Assembly: GCA_963775495.1 (NCBI GenBank)
Contig: CAVZIM010000009.1
Location: forward strand, 39,962 to 103,961
DNA length: 64,000 nt
Direction of reading: 5' to 3'
Source: an uncultured Methanobacteriaceae archaeon
Lineage (GTDB): Archaea; Methanobacteriota; Methanobacteria; Methanobacteriales; Methanobacteriaceae
Part shown: piece after piece, positions 34,961 through 45,197 of the stretch
How positions within the stretch are numbered: position 1 is the first letter of the stretch
How the letters are laid out: every line of letters starts with the position of its first letter
Notes under the pieces: model-generated
What the model was told of the DNA's origin: nothing
The model's input: only the letters and a program-made list of their open reading frames with translations
The model's database searches: none
Program-made: the position numbers and the translations under genes

Positions 34961-35048
34961 GTTACATCGCCTCAAAATTTTTTTTTTATTACCTTTAAGT
35001 ATTGATCTAATGAATATTAAATTTTTATTATTTTAATTTCTTTCTTAG

Positions 35049-35208
35049 CTATTTAGGAATAAATCTGTTTATCCCTGCACCACATTGAGGGCAACTCCAG
35101 TTATTTTTCAGATCTTCAAACGGTGTTCCTGGAACAATATTATTTCTAGAATCACCTACCGCAGGATCATAAATATAACCACAAACCTTGCATTTATATT
35201 TCTTCATT
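35049..35208 (-). pseudogene. Rubredoxin, frameshifted (one extra base) at codon 3
   Basis: GAGGTG SD and ATG AAG AAA ATA TAA. Removing one A gives [19 protein letters not shown]...[23 protein letters not shown]. Confidence 0.85.
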
Positions 35209-35336
35209 TAGTACACCTCTCAATATCATTAATAGAATGTAAATATAGATTTGTTTTACTAGGATAAGAATTTTATTATTCAAGTATAAAATTAAAAAAA
35301 ATTTATCTTGGAATATTTGTTTCTAAAACTTGTATC

Positions 35337-35768
35337 TTATCGAACAATTTCCCAGGCTTCTATACCACCTTCTACAACTATGAAAATGGGATTTGGTTCG
35401 GGGTTCTTTATATTTAATAATTCCATGTACTTTGACTGGTCCCTTATTTTGAGTTTTGATAAGAGGTGATCTAGTTCGAATTCAATTTGCCCATCTGTAA
35501 CATCGATCTTTGATTGAGTAAATTCTGAGCCTATTTTATTCCTGTTAAATTTATAACCCCTTGAAATTGACTCGTGATAGATATGGAGTAGGTAGGTGTT
35601 AATCAGGGCATGAGAATTTTTATTTAATTTAAATCGTATGAGTTGTGGATGATTTTTATATCCCTTTGTTTTTCCATTAAGAACTTCCCTTGCAAGAAGT
35701 GCCTCTCTCCATAGTGCTACAAGGCCCTTTGAATCTAAATATTTGGGATGTAAACTCCAAAGTCTCAT
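35337..35768 (-). CDS. Pyrimidine-dimer DNA glycosylase / endonuclease V (DenV-like) family protein
   Basis: MRLWSLHPKYLD..GLVALWREALLA, GYKNHPQL.RF signature. Confidence 0.85.
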   Translation of the reverse strand: MRLWSLHPKYLDSKGLVALWREALLAREVLNGKTKGYKNHPQLIRFKLNKNSHALINTYLLHIYHESISRGYKFNRNKIGSEFTQSKIDVTDGQIEFELDHLLSKLKIRDQSKYMELLNIKNPEPNPIFIVVEGGIEAWEIVR

Positions 35769-35837
35769 TTAAATCAAAAGAATATATTAAATTCCCATAT
35801 TGGGTTTAAAAAAAGGTTTTTTTTTTATATTGAATTT

Positions 35838-36143
35838 TTATTCTTCGAACTGTGGATATGTATCCCATACTTCGTGAATTGCCACTTTCGGATCTACATT
35901 AAATTTTTCAAACAGTTTAACATCAGCAGTTGTTTCATCATTGTCCATTAACTTTTTTAATGTTTCAGGATCTGCCCATACACTTTCAACTGTGTATACA
36001 TCAGGTTCTATCATATCTTTAAGTAAGTAAGAAGCTATTAATCCTTCAGGTATTGGATCTTCTTTCATAGATGCATATGCAGTTTTAAAATCATTTAATG
36101 ATGATTCAGGTATTTTTCCCTTAACCATTGTTATTATTTCCAT
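35838..36143 (-). CDS. Hypothetical protein, probable dimeric alpha/beta-barrel (ABM-like)
   Basis: 101 aa; YTVESVWADPE pattern and size fit ABM-like barrels. Confidence 0.6.
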   Translation of the reverse strand: MEIITMVKGKIPESSLNDFKTAYASMKEDPIPEGLIASYLLKDMIEPDVYTVESVWADPETLKKLMDNDETTADVKLFEKFNVDPKVAIHEVWDTYPQFEE

Positions 36144-36228
36144 CTTTTTACACTTCCTAAAAGTTTTTTTTAATGAATATTTATTATTAATTCGATTAAA
36201 CAGGGAATCACAAGTTTAACCATAATAT

Positions 36229-36633
36229 TCAATTTATTTTTTTTACCAGTAACACAGGTACTTTTACGGTTTTTAGCGCGTTTTCAGCAACGCTTCCCAT
36301 TATTAGTTTTTCTAGTCCTGTTTTCCCATGAGTTCCAATTACCACAAGATCAGAGTTTGTCTTTTTAACGATCTTTTCCATATCATGGATTGGGCTTCCA
36401 ACTATCAAGACCTCTTCAACATGCAAATCCATTTTTTCAGATTCTTCCCGTACAGTATTCAGTATGGATTTTCCCTCGTCTTCAAGAACTTCAAATGGAT
36501 AAATGAGTTTATCATCTATTATATGTACTGCTACTACAGTTGAATTAAATTTCTTTGCTATTTCAAGTGCAATATCTTTTGATCTTGCTGCAAATTTTGA
36601 ACCATCAGTCGGAATCATTATCCTCTCGAACAA
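36229..36633 (-). CDS. Universal stress protein (UspA family)
   Basis: RIMIPTDGS, IGTHGKTGLEKLIMGSVAENAL; start refined to TTG 36633. Confidence 0.93.
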   Translation of the reverse strand: MFERIMIPTDGSKFAARSKDIALEIAKKFNSTVVAVHIIDDKLIYPFEVLEDEGKSILNTVREESEKMDLHVEEVLIVGSPIHDMEKIVKKTNSDLVVIGTHGKTGLEKLIMGSVAENALKTVKVPVLLVKKIN

Positions 36634-37300
36634 AATCCATCCCTCCATGTTTGAACTTAAATACTATATATTTTTTTTATGATTAATATTTATCCTAATT
36701 AAATAAATCCCTAATTACTATAAATTAATCCACTAAAAAGGTTATCAAACCATTTCTTAGATAAGTAGGTATGGGATTAAAGAGTTTTTTTTATTTTTGA
36801 ATATGTTCTAGCCGTGTTTTAAACCTCGAGGATTTTTACAAAAAATCATCAAGATCCAGAGTAAACTCTTACAGGAATATTTGGGGATTCTATCTTTATT
36901 GAGTTTTACTGGCCCAACCACTTTCTATGGGTATTCATTGTATAAATAATTTGATTTGTTCAGATAATCTATCATTCATATTTATTAAATACAATCAAAA
37001 CTATTTGAAGAATTCTGAATGATAATGCTTAAATAACGTTAGAACAAATCAAGGATATTCTTAAAAATAAGTTGATATATCCTACGAAATGGAAAATTTA
37101 TCTTTAATTGTAGAATAATTAATGAAAAATAGTTAAATCCCTAAACAAAGGATTTTATATCCGAAAAAAACTGGGAGTACTTACTATATAATAAGAAATA
37201 ACCTATAAAGTTTAAATATTCAATAATATAACAATTGTTTAAATATAATTAAAATATTAATATGGGATATTAAAATTTTTAGAAATTTAGGTGAGCAAAA

Positions 37301-37525
37301 TTGGTAAAGCATTGGAAACGATGGACAAAAGAAGAGCTTCAATATCTTATTAAAAATTATTCTAGAGAAGATATGGAGAAGATGGTCAATTTTCTCGGAA
37401 GAACCGAAACTGCTATTAAAATTAGAGCTCATAAACTAAAATTAAAGCGGATAAGGGGTAATGGAATTTTTAAGCGTATCATAAATAAACAAAAGAAATT
37501 GAGGAGAAATAAAATTAGTGACTAG
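37301..37525 (+). CDS. Small basic protein with a Myb/SANT-like HTH pattern
   Basis: RWTKEELQYL...LGRTETAIKIRAHKL; GGTGA SD before TTG. Confidence 0.6.
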   Translation: MVKHWKRWTKEELQYLIKNYSREDMEKMVNFLGRTETAIKIRAHKLKLKRIRGNGIFKRIINKQKKLRRNKISD

Positions 37526-37880
37526 GAAAGAATTCTGTTTAAAGGATATTATAAATTTTATGATTATATACTGTCTTGTTTTCAATATTAATTAAAAACA
37601 TTTTTGTAGGTATTTTAAATCTTTATTTTATATTTAATTGTGAATGTGCTTTAAATTAAGCTGATTTTGAATAAGCTTCTTATATTAATATGTATTTGTT
37701 GTTTTATATCCATATTTTTACTGATAAAAATGATGGATAAAAAAATTCAAAATTTTGTTAAAAAAAAATAAAATATTAATGCATTAGATAATAAATTATC
37801 TAATATTGAATACATATTTATGAAATCTCTTTTACTTAATTGGAAGAATAGAATATACCCTCTGGTATATTCCATTTATT

Positions 37881-39614
37881 TTAGTCACCTGCAAGTTGTT
37901 GTCTTAACTCTTCAAATCCTAGAAGATAATCTGCTTTACACCGTTTAATGAATTCTTTAGATAGTTTGTGCGGATCTCCATCCATTACAAGTTCTCCTTC
38001 TTCCATCAAAATTGCTCTTGTGGAAACCTCTTCAATAAAGTCTACATGATGGCTTACCATGAGAATAGTGGTATCAAATTCCTTATTAATACGTTTTAAA
38101 GAGTTTGATACAATTCTGAGAGTAATTGGATTGAGATCTCCAAAAGGTTCGTCCAATATTAAGACTTCGGGTTGTGATGTTAATATCAGTGCTAGTGTAG
38201 CTCTAACCTTTTGTCCTCCAGATAGTTCATAGGAACGTCTATCCAAAATTTCCATTGGAAGGTCCAGTGCTTTAAAAACAGGTTCTGCATACTTGTTAAT
38301 CGCGGTATCTGGGAAACGTGGGAATAGTTCTCCTAATATGTCCGGAGTTAAACCTACTTTCTCGAGTTTTACTTTAGCTTCAGTTTCTGGAAGGTCTGTT
38401 AGCTGGTATAGCAGATCTAATACTTGTTCACTAATATCTAATTCATTAGCAACCTTCTTAGCATTTGCTATCACATTTTCTCCCTTAACACCTAATCTAC
38501 CAGCAATTTGATCCCTTATAGTTGCGTGGTGTACTAGTGCAAATTCCTGATGCATGAAACCTAACTTACGTCTTACCTTCATTCTGATGATACCAGGTTC
38601 TTGCATATCTACCCAATCTTCATTTAGTTTGAATAAAACATCACCTGCATCTGGTTGTTCTAATCCTGCCATCATACGTAATAAAACCGTTTTTCCAGCA
38701 CCACTTTGTCCAATTAAAGAGATTATTTCCCCTTCACTAACTTCAAAGTTTATATCCTCGATTTTAAGGACATTTCCTCCCTTAAGCAGCACGAATTTTT
38801 TATTAATATTTGTTACCTTTATCACGGATTCCCCTATTTCTCCAGGTTCTCTTTGAGGTTCTGGTGCATCCATGTCGGATATGAACTTAGGAATAATAGC
38901 TTTAGGTGTTCCTTCATCCACTACCTTACCATTTTCCATTAAAACAAGTCTGTCTGAAAGGTATAGGTGTACTTCAGGCAGGTGAGATACCACAATAACT
39001 GTAACACCAAGTTCTTGGTTGATGCTTTTTATGGCGTTTAAAATATCCTGTTTAGTTTTTGGACATGACATGGTAGCTGGTTCGTCTAAAAGTAACACTT
39101 TAGGCTTTTTAGCGAGCTGTCTGGCCATTATTAATCTCTGCTTTTCTCCACCACTTAACACAGGTGCAAAATGGTCTGCTTTCTCTTCGAGTCCAACAAC
39201 CTTTAATATTTCCCTGGCTTCCTCTCCAAACTCACTGTATGCAGAATTAAAATCTGTTAATCCTTCATCACCATATTTAACACCGTTTAATTTCCTTATA
39301 ACATTTTGTAGAGCAGTTTCGGTCCACAGTCCAAAGGATCTCTGCAGGTGTATTGCAGTTGCTTCTCTTAATTTCCTAAAGTAGTATGGATTTGAATCAA
39401 ATTTAACATCTACATCACCAACAATTATTTCACCAGAATCAAAAGATTCAACACCCCTTAATATCCTTAAAAGAGTACTTTTACCCGATCCACTGACCCC
39501 AATGATCCCTAGTATCTCTCCTTTACTTGCGTCAAGGGATATATCATCTAAAGCCTTAATCTCTCCACCATCTTTCATTTTAAAAGTCTTAGAAACATTT
39601 TTAACACTAATCAT
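37881..39614 (-). CDS. atwA: Methyl-coenzyme M reductase system component A2 homolog (twin ABC ATPase)
   Basis: Two Walker A motifs (GVSGSGKS, GQSGAGKT), LSGGEKQR and LSGGQKVR, AIHLQRSFGL, GFMHQEFAL; no TM segments. Confidence 0.9.
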   Translation of the reverse strand: MISVKNVSKTFKMKDGGEIKALDDISLDASKGEILGIIGVSGSGKSTLLRILRGVESFDSGEIIVGDVDVKFDSNPYYFRKLREATAIHLQRSFGLWTETALQNVIRKLNGVKYGDEGLTDFNSAYSEFGEEAREILKVVGLEEKADHFAPVLSGGEKQRLIMARQLAKKPKVLLLDEPATMSCPKTKQDILNAIKSINQELGVTVIVVSHLPEVHLYLSDRLVLMENGKVVDEGTPKAIIPKFISDMDAPEPQREPGEIGESVIKVTNINKKFVLLKGGNVLKIEDINFEVSEGEIISLIGQSGAGKTVLLRMMAGLEQPDAGDVLFKLNEDWVDMQEPGIIRMKVRRKLGFMHQEFALVHHATIRDQIAGRLGVKGENVIANAKKVANELDISEQVLDLLYQLTDLPETEAKVKLEKVGLTPDILGELFPRFPDTAINKYAEPVFKALDLPMEILDRRSYELSGGQKVRATLALILTSQPEVLILDEPFGDLNPITLRIVSNSLKRINKEFDTTILMVSHHVDFIEEVSTRAILMEEGELVMDGDPHKLSKEFIKRCKADYLLGFEELRQQLAGD

Positions 39615-40076
39615 TGACTATCACCGTTATATTAAAACTTAATTGAGATTTATTATATCTTTTTTTTGTATGGTTTATATAAACCCACTTTTGTATTTAG
39701 ATCAATAAATAAGTTATCTCTAAAAAGAGGGTTATACTATAATAAAAAATGAAAAAAACTCTAAAACTACCAATTTCAATCTTAAAAACCGATTACTGAT
39801 ATATATTTCCTATATTAATAATTGTAACAAAGACCACAATTCATTAAAGCAATTTAATAATATAATCAGTAATATGGTAAAATTTAATCATTCTAAATGC
39901 CCAATCACAACACTAGAATTACTAAGACAATAACAGAATTATTTAAATAATTATTTCTTTATATTCACAAATTCTCTGTTAATAATTAATCAAAATTTAA
40001 TTCCCATATGATATTAATTTAAATATTTCAATTACTAGATGGGTAAATAATGTAATTCAAAGGATGAATTGTTATT

Positions 40077-40652
40077 ATGAAAATCAAACCGGAAAAATAT
40101 AACCCTAAATGGAAATTTTTCTTTGAAAACGAGAAAGAAAAGCTTTTGAATGTTCTTGGTTCTAATGGTATCCGAATTGAACATATAGGTAGTACATCTA
40201 TCCCCGATATCTGTTCAAAACCCGTAATAGACATAATGATTGGTGTTCAAACAGAAAAACAGTTAGATAATAATATAAATAAAATATTAACCCTAGGATA
40301 TACTTATGTGCAAAAATATGAGATTTTCCTGCCATTTAGAAGATATTTTTTCAAACTCAAAAATCATGATGTTAAAATACCAAGAGTAATAGGTTTTGAT
40401 GACCCAGATATTGATAAAGGAACACATGAAGACTTTTTTCACATTCATATGGTTAAAATCGATTCAGATTTCTGGATAGATCAACTTATATTCAGAAATT
40501 ATTTGAGGAACAATTATAAAGCCAAAAAAGAATATGAAAATATAAAAAAATCGCTCGCTAAAATGGAATGGGATAGTATTAATGAATATGCTGAAGCTAA
40601 ATCAGATTGTATCACAAAATTGTTAGAAGAAGGAAAAAATACAAAGATATGA
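40077..40652 (+). CDS. GrpB/UPF0157 family protein
   Basis: IEHIGSTSIPDICSKPVIDIM, HIHMV, FRNYLR, YAEAKSDCI. Confidence 0.9.
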   Translation: MKIKPEKYNPKWKFFFENEKEKLLNVLGSNGIRIEHIGSTSIPDICSKPVIDIMIGVQTEKQLDNNINKILTLGYTYVQKYEIFLPFRRYFFKLKNHDVKIPRVIGFDDPDIDKGTHEDFFHIHMVKIDSDFWIDQLIFRNYLRNNYKAKKEYENIKKSLAKMEWDSINEYAEAKSDCITKLLEEGKNTKI

Positions 40653-40711
40653 TCATTCTAAAATAAAATCGACCAAAGAGTTTATAAAATTATTTGATGG
40701 TTGAATAATTT

Positions 40712-41352
40712 ATGCCGCTAAAATTTCGTAATTTCTCTATAAGTTCAATTTCAGGGCTTACAGCATTTATAATATTTACTGTTTTCATTTTAACATCTTT
40801 TACTTTATATCCCACACATTACAATCCATTATACGACTGGCTTAGTAATTTAGGAAATATTAATTTAAATCCAATGGGTGCTTTTTTCTTTAACTGGGGT
40901 TGTATAATCTCGGGTTTAATATTGATACCATTCTTTTTTGGATTGTATTCATGGAAACCTCAAAAAAAATTGAGCAAATCACTTCTTATATTAGGGATAA
41001 TTATTGGAATTTTTGCTTCTTTATCACTGATAATGGTAGGAGTTTATCCAGAAACTCAAGTAAATCTTCATGTTCAAGCTGCTACAGCGGTTTTTATTCG
41101 TTATTTCTAATAATTATATTAATAAACCTGGCATTATTTCAAAATCCAAAGTTTATAAGGAGCGTAGCATATTTTGGTGTTTTTGCAATTGTAGTAGATT
41201 TAATATTCCAATTTATGGTTATATCAAACAAGAATATACTCGCAGTATTAAATCCAACAACTCCTATTCCAGGTTTAGAATGGGCATGTACATTTTTATC
41301 GCTGGGATGGGTTGCACTTTTAGCAATCAACATGTTAATAAAAAAAGTATGA
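40712..41352 (+). pseudogene. DUF998-like multi-TM membrane protein, frameshifted (one T missing at 41091-41095)
   Basis: The 5' ORF (YNPLYDWLSNLG, FFNWG, VGVYPE, HVQAA) joins the 3' frame (YSLFLII...GLEWACTF) if the T5 run becomes T6, giving about 213 aa. Confidence 0.78.
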
Positions 41353-41411
41353 AGTCATAATAAAACGATTTAAAACCTATAAAATTTATTAAAATGGAAG
41401 GTTAAAATTTT

Positions 41412-42716
41412 TTAACCCAACATTTTCTTTATATCTTCTTTAGGATCCCCAATAGGAGTTAAACCGTAATTTTCTACTAAAACATTTAATATATCTTCAT
41501 TAACCCATCCGGGGATAATAGGTCCTAGATACATATTTTTAATATCGAGTGCGAGTAGACTCCAGAGTATAGCAGCTGCTTTTTGTTCCATCCAGCTTAA
41601 TACAAAGGTTAATGGTAAGTCGTTGATTTCCATTCCAAATAGATCGGATAAAGCAACTACAACATCTATTCCAACTATTGCATCGTTACACTGTCCAAGA
41701 TCTATTAATCTAGGTACTCCCTCAATGTCTCCTAGATCCATATCATTGAACCTGTACTTTCCACATGCTAATGTTAGTACTATGGTATCTTCGGGTAAAT
41801 TTTTAACAAATTCTGTGTAATAGGTTGCCTGTGGTTTTGGAGAGTCACAACCTCCCACAACAAAGAAGTGTTTAATTTTTCCTGCTTCTACCAGTTCTTT
41901 AATCTTACCTGCTAGTGAAAGTATTGTTGATGCTCCGAATCCTGTTGTAAGAACAGTTTCTCGGGGTTCATCTTCTAGATCTGGAAGTGATTTTGCGGTT
42001 TTAATTACATCTGAGAAATCATAATCTTCAATCTGTTTAACTCCAGGTAGCTTTGCAACTCCAACTGTAAACATCCTTTCTTTATAATCATCATCAGGTA
42101 TGAGTACACAGTTTGATGTTCCAACAATTGCAGCAGGATACTTTGAGAAGGTTTTCTTCTGGTCAAACCATGGTCCACCTATCTGTCCAACTAGATGTTT
42201 GTACTTTCTGAGTCCAGGATATCCATGTGCAGGTAAAAGTTCTGAATGAGTATATACATTTATTCCAGTTCCTTCTGTCTGTTTTAACAATTCTTCAAGG
42301 GCCTTCATGCTGTGTCCAGTTGCAATAATACCTTTACCTTTTATTGAACCGACTTTAACTTCTGTTGGTGTTGGTTCTCCATAGGTTTCGATATGTGCTT
42401 TTTTCAACAACTGCATAGCCTTGATATTCATCATTCCAGATTCTGTTGCAAGTTTAACAAATTCTCCAGCATCGAAGTTCACATTGGTAAGAGTAGAATA
42501 GAGTCCCCTTTCTAAGAATGAATCTACTTCAGGATCTGTATATCCTAATTCTCGTGCATGGTACACGTAGGCTGATATTCCTTTCATTGAGAATAATAAG
42601 TTATCTTGAAGTCTTGCAACTGTAGCTTCTTTACCACAAACTCCTTTAACTGTACATCCAGTCTCAAATGCAGTTTGAGAACACTGGTAACAAAACATAT
42701 CTAATTTTTCGGCCAT
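41412..42716 (-). CDS. hcp: Hybrid cluster protein (hydroxylamine/NO reductase)
   Basis: MFCYQC..TA...[53 protein letters not shown]; start refined to ATG 42716. Confidence 0.95.
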   Translation of the reverse strand: MAEKLDMFCYQCSQTAFETGCTVKGVCGKEATVARLQDNLLFSMKGISAYVYHARELGYTDPEVDSFLERGLYSTLTNVNFDAGEFVKLATESGMMNIKAMQLLKKAHIETYGEPTPTEVKVGSIKGKGIIATGHSMKALEELLKQTEGTGINVYTHSELLPAHGYPGLRKYKHLVGQIGGPWFDQKKTFSKYPAAIVGTSNCVLIPDDDYKERMFTVGVAKLPGVKQIEDYDFSDVIKTAKSLPDLEDEPRETVLTTGFGASTILSLAGKIKELVEAGKIKHFFVVGGCDSPKPQATYYTEFVKNLPEDTIVLTLACGKYRFNDMDLGDIEGVPRLIDLGQCNDAIVGIDVVVALSDLFGMEINDLPLTFVLSWMEQKAAAILWSLLALDIKNMYLGPIIPGWVNEDILNVLVENYGLTPIGDPKEDIKKMLG

Positions 42717-42760
42717 AAATTTCTCCTCCAAAATCTTAAAGTCATTATTACTCGAAATTA

Positions 42761-42813
42761 TAATGTTCGTTTATAAACGAATGTTCTTTTATATACGAAC
42801 AAGAGTATTTATA
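42761..42813. promoter_or_regulatory. Operator/promoter cassette copy 1 (hcp side): TTCG-N8-CGAA + TTCT-N8-CGAA + TATTTATA
   Basis: TAATGTTCGTTTATAAACGAATGTTCTTTTATATACGAACAAGAGTATTTATA; 48/53 identical to 43166-43218. Confidence 0.8.
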
Positions 42814-43165
42814 TTTTACTGTTCACCACTCATATTCGTCAATTAATCGGAGCAATTGGATTCAAATTAATTAATATCTATTTTAAATTCAATACAAAAA
42901 AAATTAGGAATATACTGAGAAACAAATAAAATATGGATTGAAGTATTGTTTGTTATTGTCTAAATTATATTTGAATAAATGAAGATAGTTAAATCATTGT
43001 AATAAATTTCCAAAATTCATCAACCTATCATTCTCCAGGTCTTCGTAAGTAATTTATATTTCTCTTTCAGAATAATCACCCAACTTTCTACATGTTTATT
43101 AACAAACTAACTTCTAAATTACAATTAGATTGTATGATTCAACATATTATATATTTCAAAAATAT

Positions 43166-43218
43166 TAATGTTCGTTCAAGAACGAATGTTCTTTTATCTA
43201 CGAACATGAGTATTTATA
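43166..43218. promoter_or_regulatory. Operator/promoter cassette copy 2 (regulator side)
   Basis: TAATGTTCGTTCAAGAACGAATGTTCTTTTATCTACGAACATGAGTATTTATA; direct repeat of 42761-42813. Confidence 0.8.
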
Positions 43219-43285
43219 AGTTAAAGTCATCATAATAATTTTAGAGAAAGAGAATTGAAATAAGAAACCAAAATAAGTGATTAAA

Positions 43286-44053
43286 ATGAGTAAAAAAGAA
43301 CCTTTTAATGATATGCAGATAGAACTATTCTCCACATCAGAAGGTATTTATGCAATTAACAGCCCAGTAAGGGTAAAAATATTATCCATGTTACGAAATG
43401 GAGAACTAAATTTTGATCAACTTGTTGAAATGTCAGGAAAAGCCAAATCTACTGTATCTGTCCACCTAAAAAGGATGACAAACGAGGGAATTATTGGTTC
43501 AAAAATTGATCCACAAGATGCCCGTAAAAAAATATTTTTTATAAAATCCGAGTATCTCGGCAAATTATCCGGTAAAAAGGTTGTAACAGAAAAAATAGAA
43601 GATTATGTAACTAGCTACGTTGACAGTGCAGGAGATCCATTCGAATTTTTTAGACTCATATTTCTTACCATACGTGTTTCCCTAATAAGACAGGGAATAG
43701 ATATTGATCCAATACTATATGAAGCAGGTATAAAAGTTGGAGAAACATTATATAATAAAATCAAGGATCCAGATATAAATAAACTTGCAGAAAATATAAT
43801 AATGTTCTGGAAAACCCATAATCTAGGACAAGTAGAGATTAAAAGTTTAAAACCATTAATAATCAATGTTTCCGATTGTTTTGAATGTCAAAGCTTGCCA
43901 CCAATAGGGAGACCAGCATGTGCATTTGACTCAGGTATTCTTAAAGCTGTATTTTCAGCACATTTCCAAGAAGAACTAGCTGTAAACGAAACTAAATGTT
44001 ATGCATTAGGCGATAACTATTGCTCGTTTACCATTAAAAATAAGGACTGGTAA
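43286..44053 (+). CDS. ArsR-HTH + V4R domain regulator (MsvR-like)
   Basis: [17 protein letters not shown]; V4R Cys motifs [23 protein letters not shown]; divergent from hcp. Confidence 0.9.
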   Translation: MSKKEPFNDMQIELFSTSEGIYAINSPVRVKILSMLRNGELNFDQLVEMSGKAKSTVSVHLKRMTNEGIIGSKIDPQDARKKIFFIKSEYLGKLSGKKVVTEKIEDYVTSYVDSAGDPFEFFRLIFLTIRVSLIRQGIDIDPILYEAGIKVGETLYNKIKDPDINKLAENIIMFWKTHNLGQVEIKSLKPLIINVSDCFECQSLPPIGRPACAFDSGILKAVFSAHFQEELAVNETKCYALGDNYCSFTIKNKDW

Positions 44054-44093
44054 CCTAAAGTCATTAAATTAATTAATACAATATTAATAATAA

Positions 44094-44723
<630 letters not shown>

Positions 44724-44759
44724 ATCAATAAACATTCAGTTACTCACAGATGTGATAAA

Positions 44760-45197
44760 ATGACCGTCAGAATAATAGAAAAAACTGCAGAAACAATTGA
44801 GATCTGCGATTTAATTGATTCAGTGAAATGTAATCCTAGGATCATAGAATGCGGTGCTATATTTTCATTTGAAGGAATTGTACGTGGAAAAGAAGTCGAT
44901 AAAAATACAGTTAAAATGGATTTAACAACACCAGACATTAAAGAAACAGAAAATGAACTTCGAGATATTGTAAACGATATTCAAGATAAGCACGGCGTAG
45001 TTGAGGTTGCTGTGGTTCATTACATAGGAAAATTTTCACCCGGAGATCCATTGTTTCTAGCAGTTGTTGCTGGAGCTCATCGACATGAAACAAAAGCTGC
45101 CCTGGATGATGTTATTGAACGTGTAAAATATGAACTGGACTTTAAGAAAGAGGAACACACAGACGATGGTACCAATATCATAATGTCGGGTGGTTAA
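44760..45197 (+). CDS. moaE: Molybdopterin synthase catalytic subunit MoaE family
   Basis: CGAIFSFEGIVR, VAVVHYIG, VAGAHRHE, KKEEH; ends in MSGG. Confidence 0.88.
   Translation: MTVRIIEKTAETIEICDLIDSVKCNPRIIECGAIFSFEGIVRGKEVDKNTVKMDLTTPDIKETENELRDIVNDIQDKHGVVEVAVVHYIGKFSPGDPLFLAVVAGAHRHETKAALDDVIERVKYELDFKKEEHTDDGTNIIMSGG

Noticed and set aside
36808-36975. Minus-strand frame MIDYLNKSNYLYNEYP*KVVGPVKLNK... with an in-frame TAG (possible pyrrolysine or pseudogene)
   Set aside because: No recognisable domain or SD; pyrrolysine is not established in Methanobacteriales.
36951-37052. 11-bp inverted repeat TTGATTTGTTC / GAACAAATCAA, 80 bp apart
   Set aside because: It is AT-rich and not extendable; such matches are expected by chance in 64 kb, and there is no target duplication or transposase.
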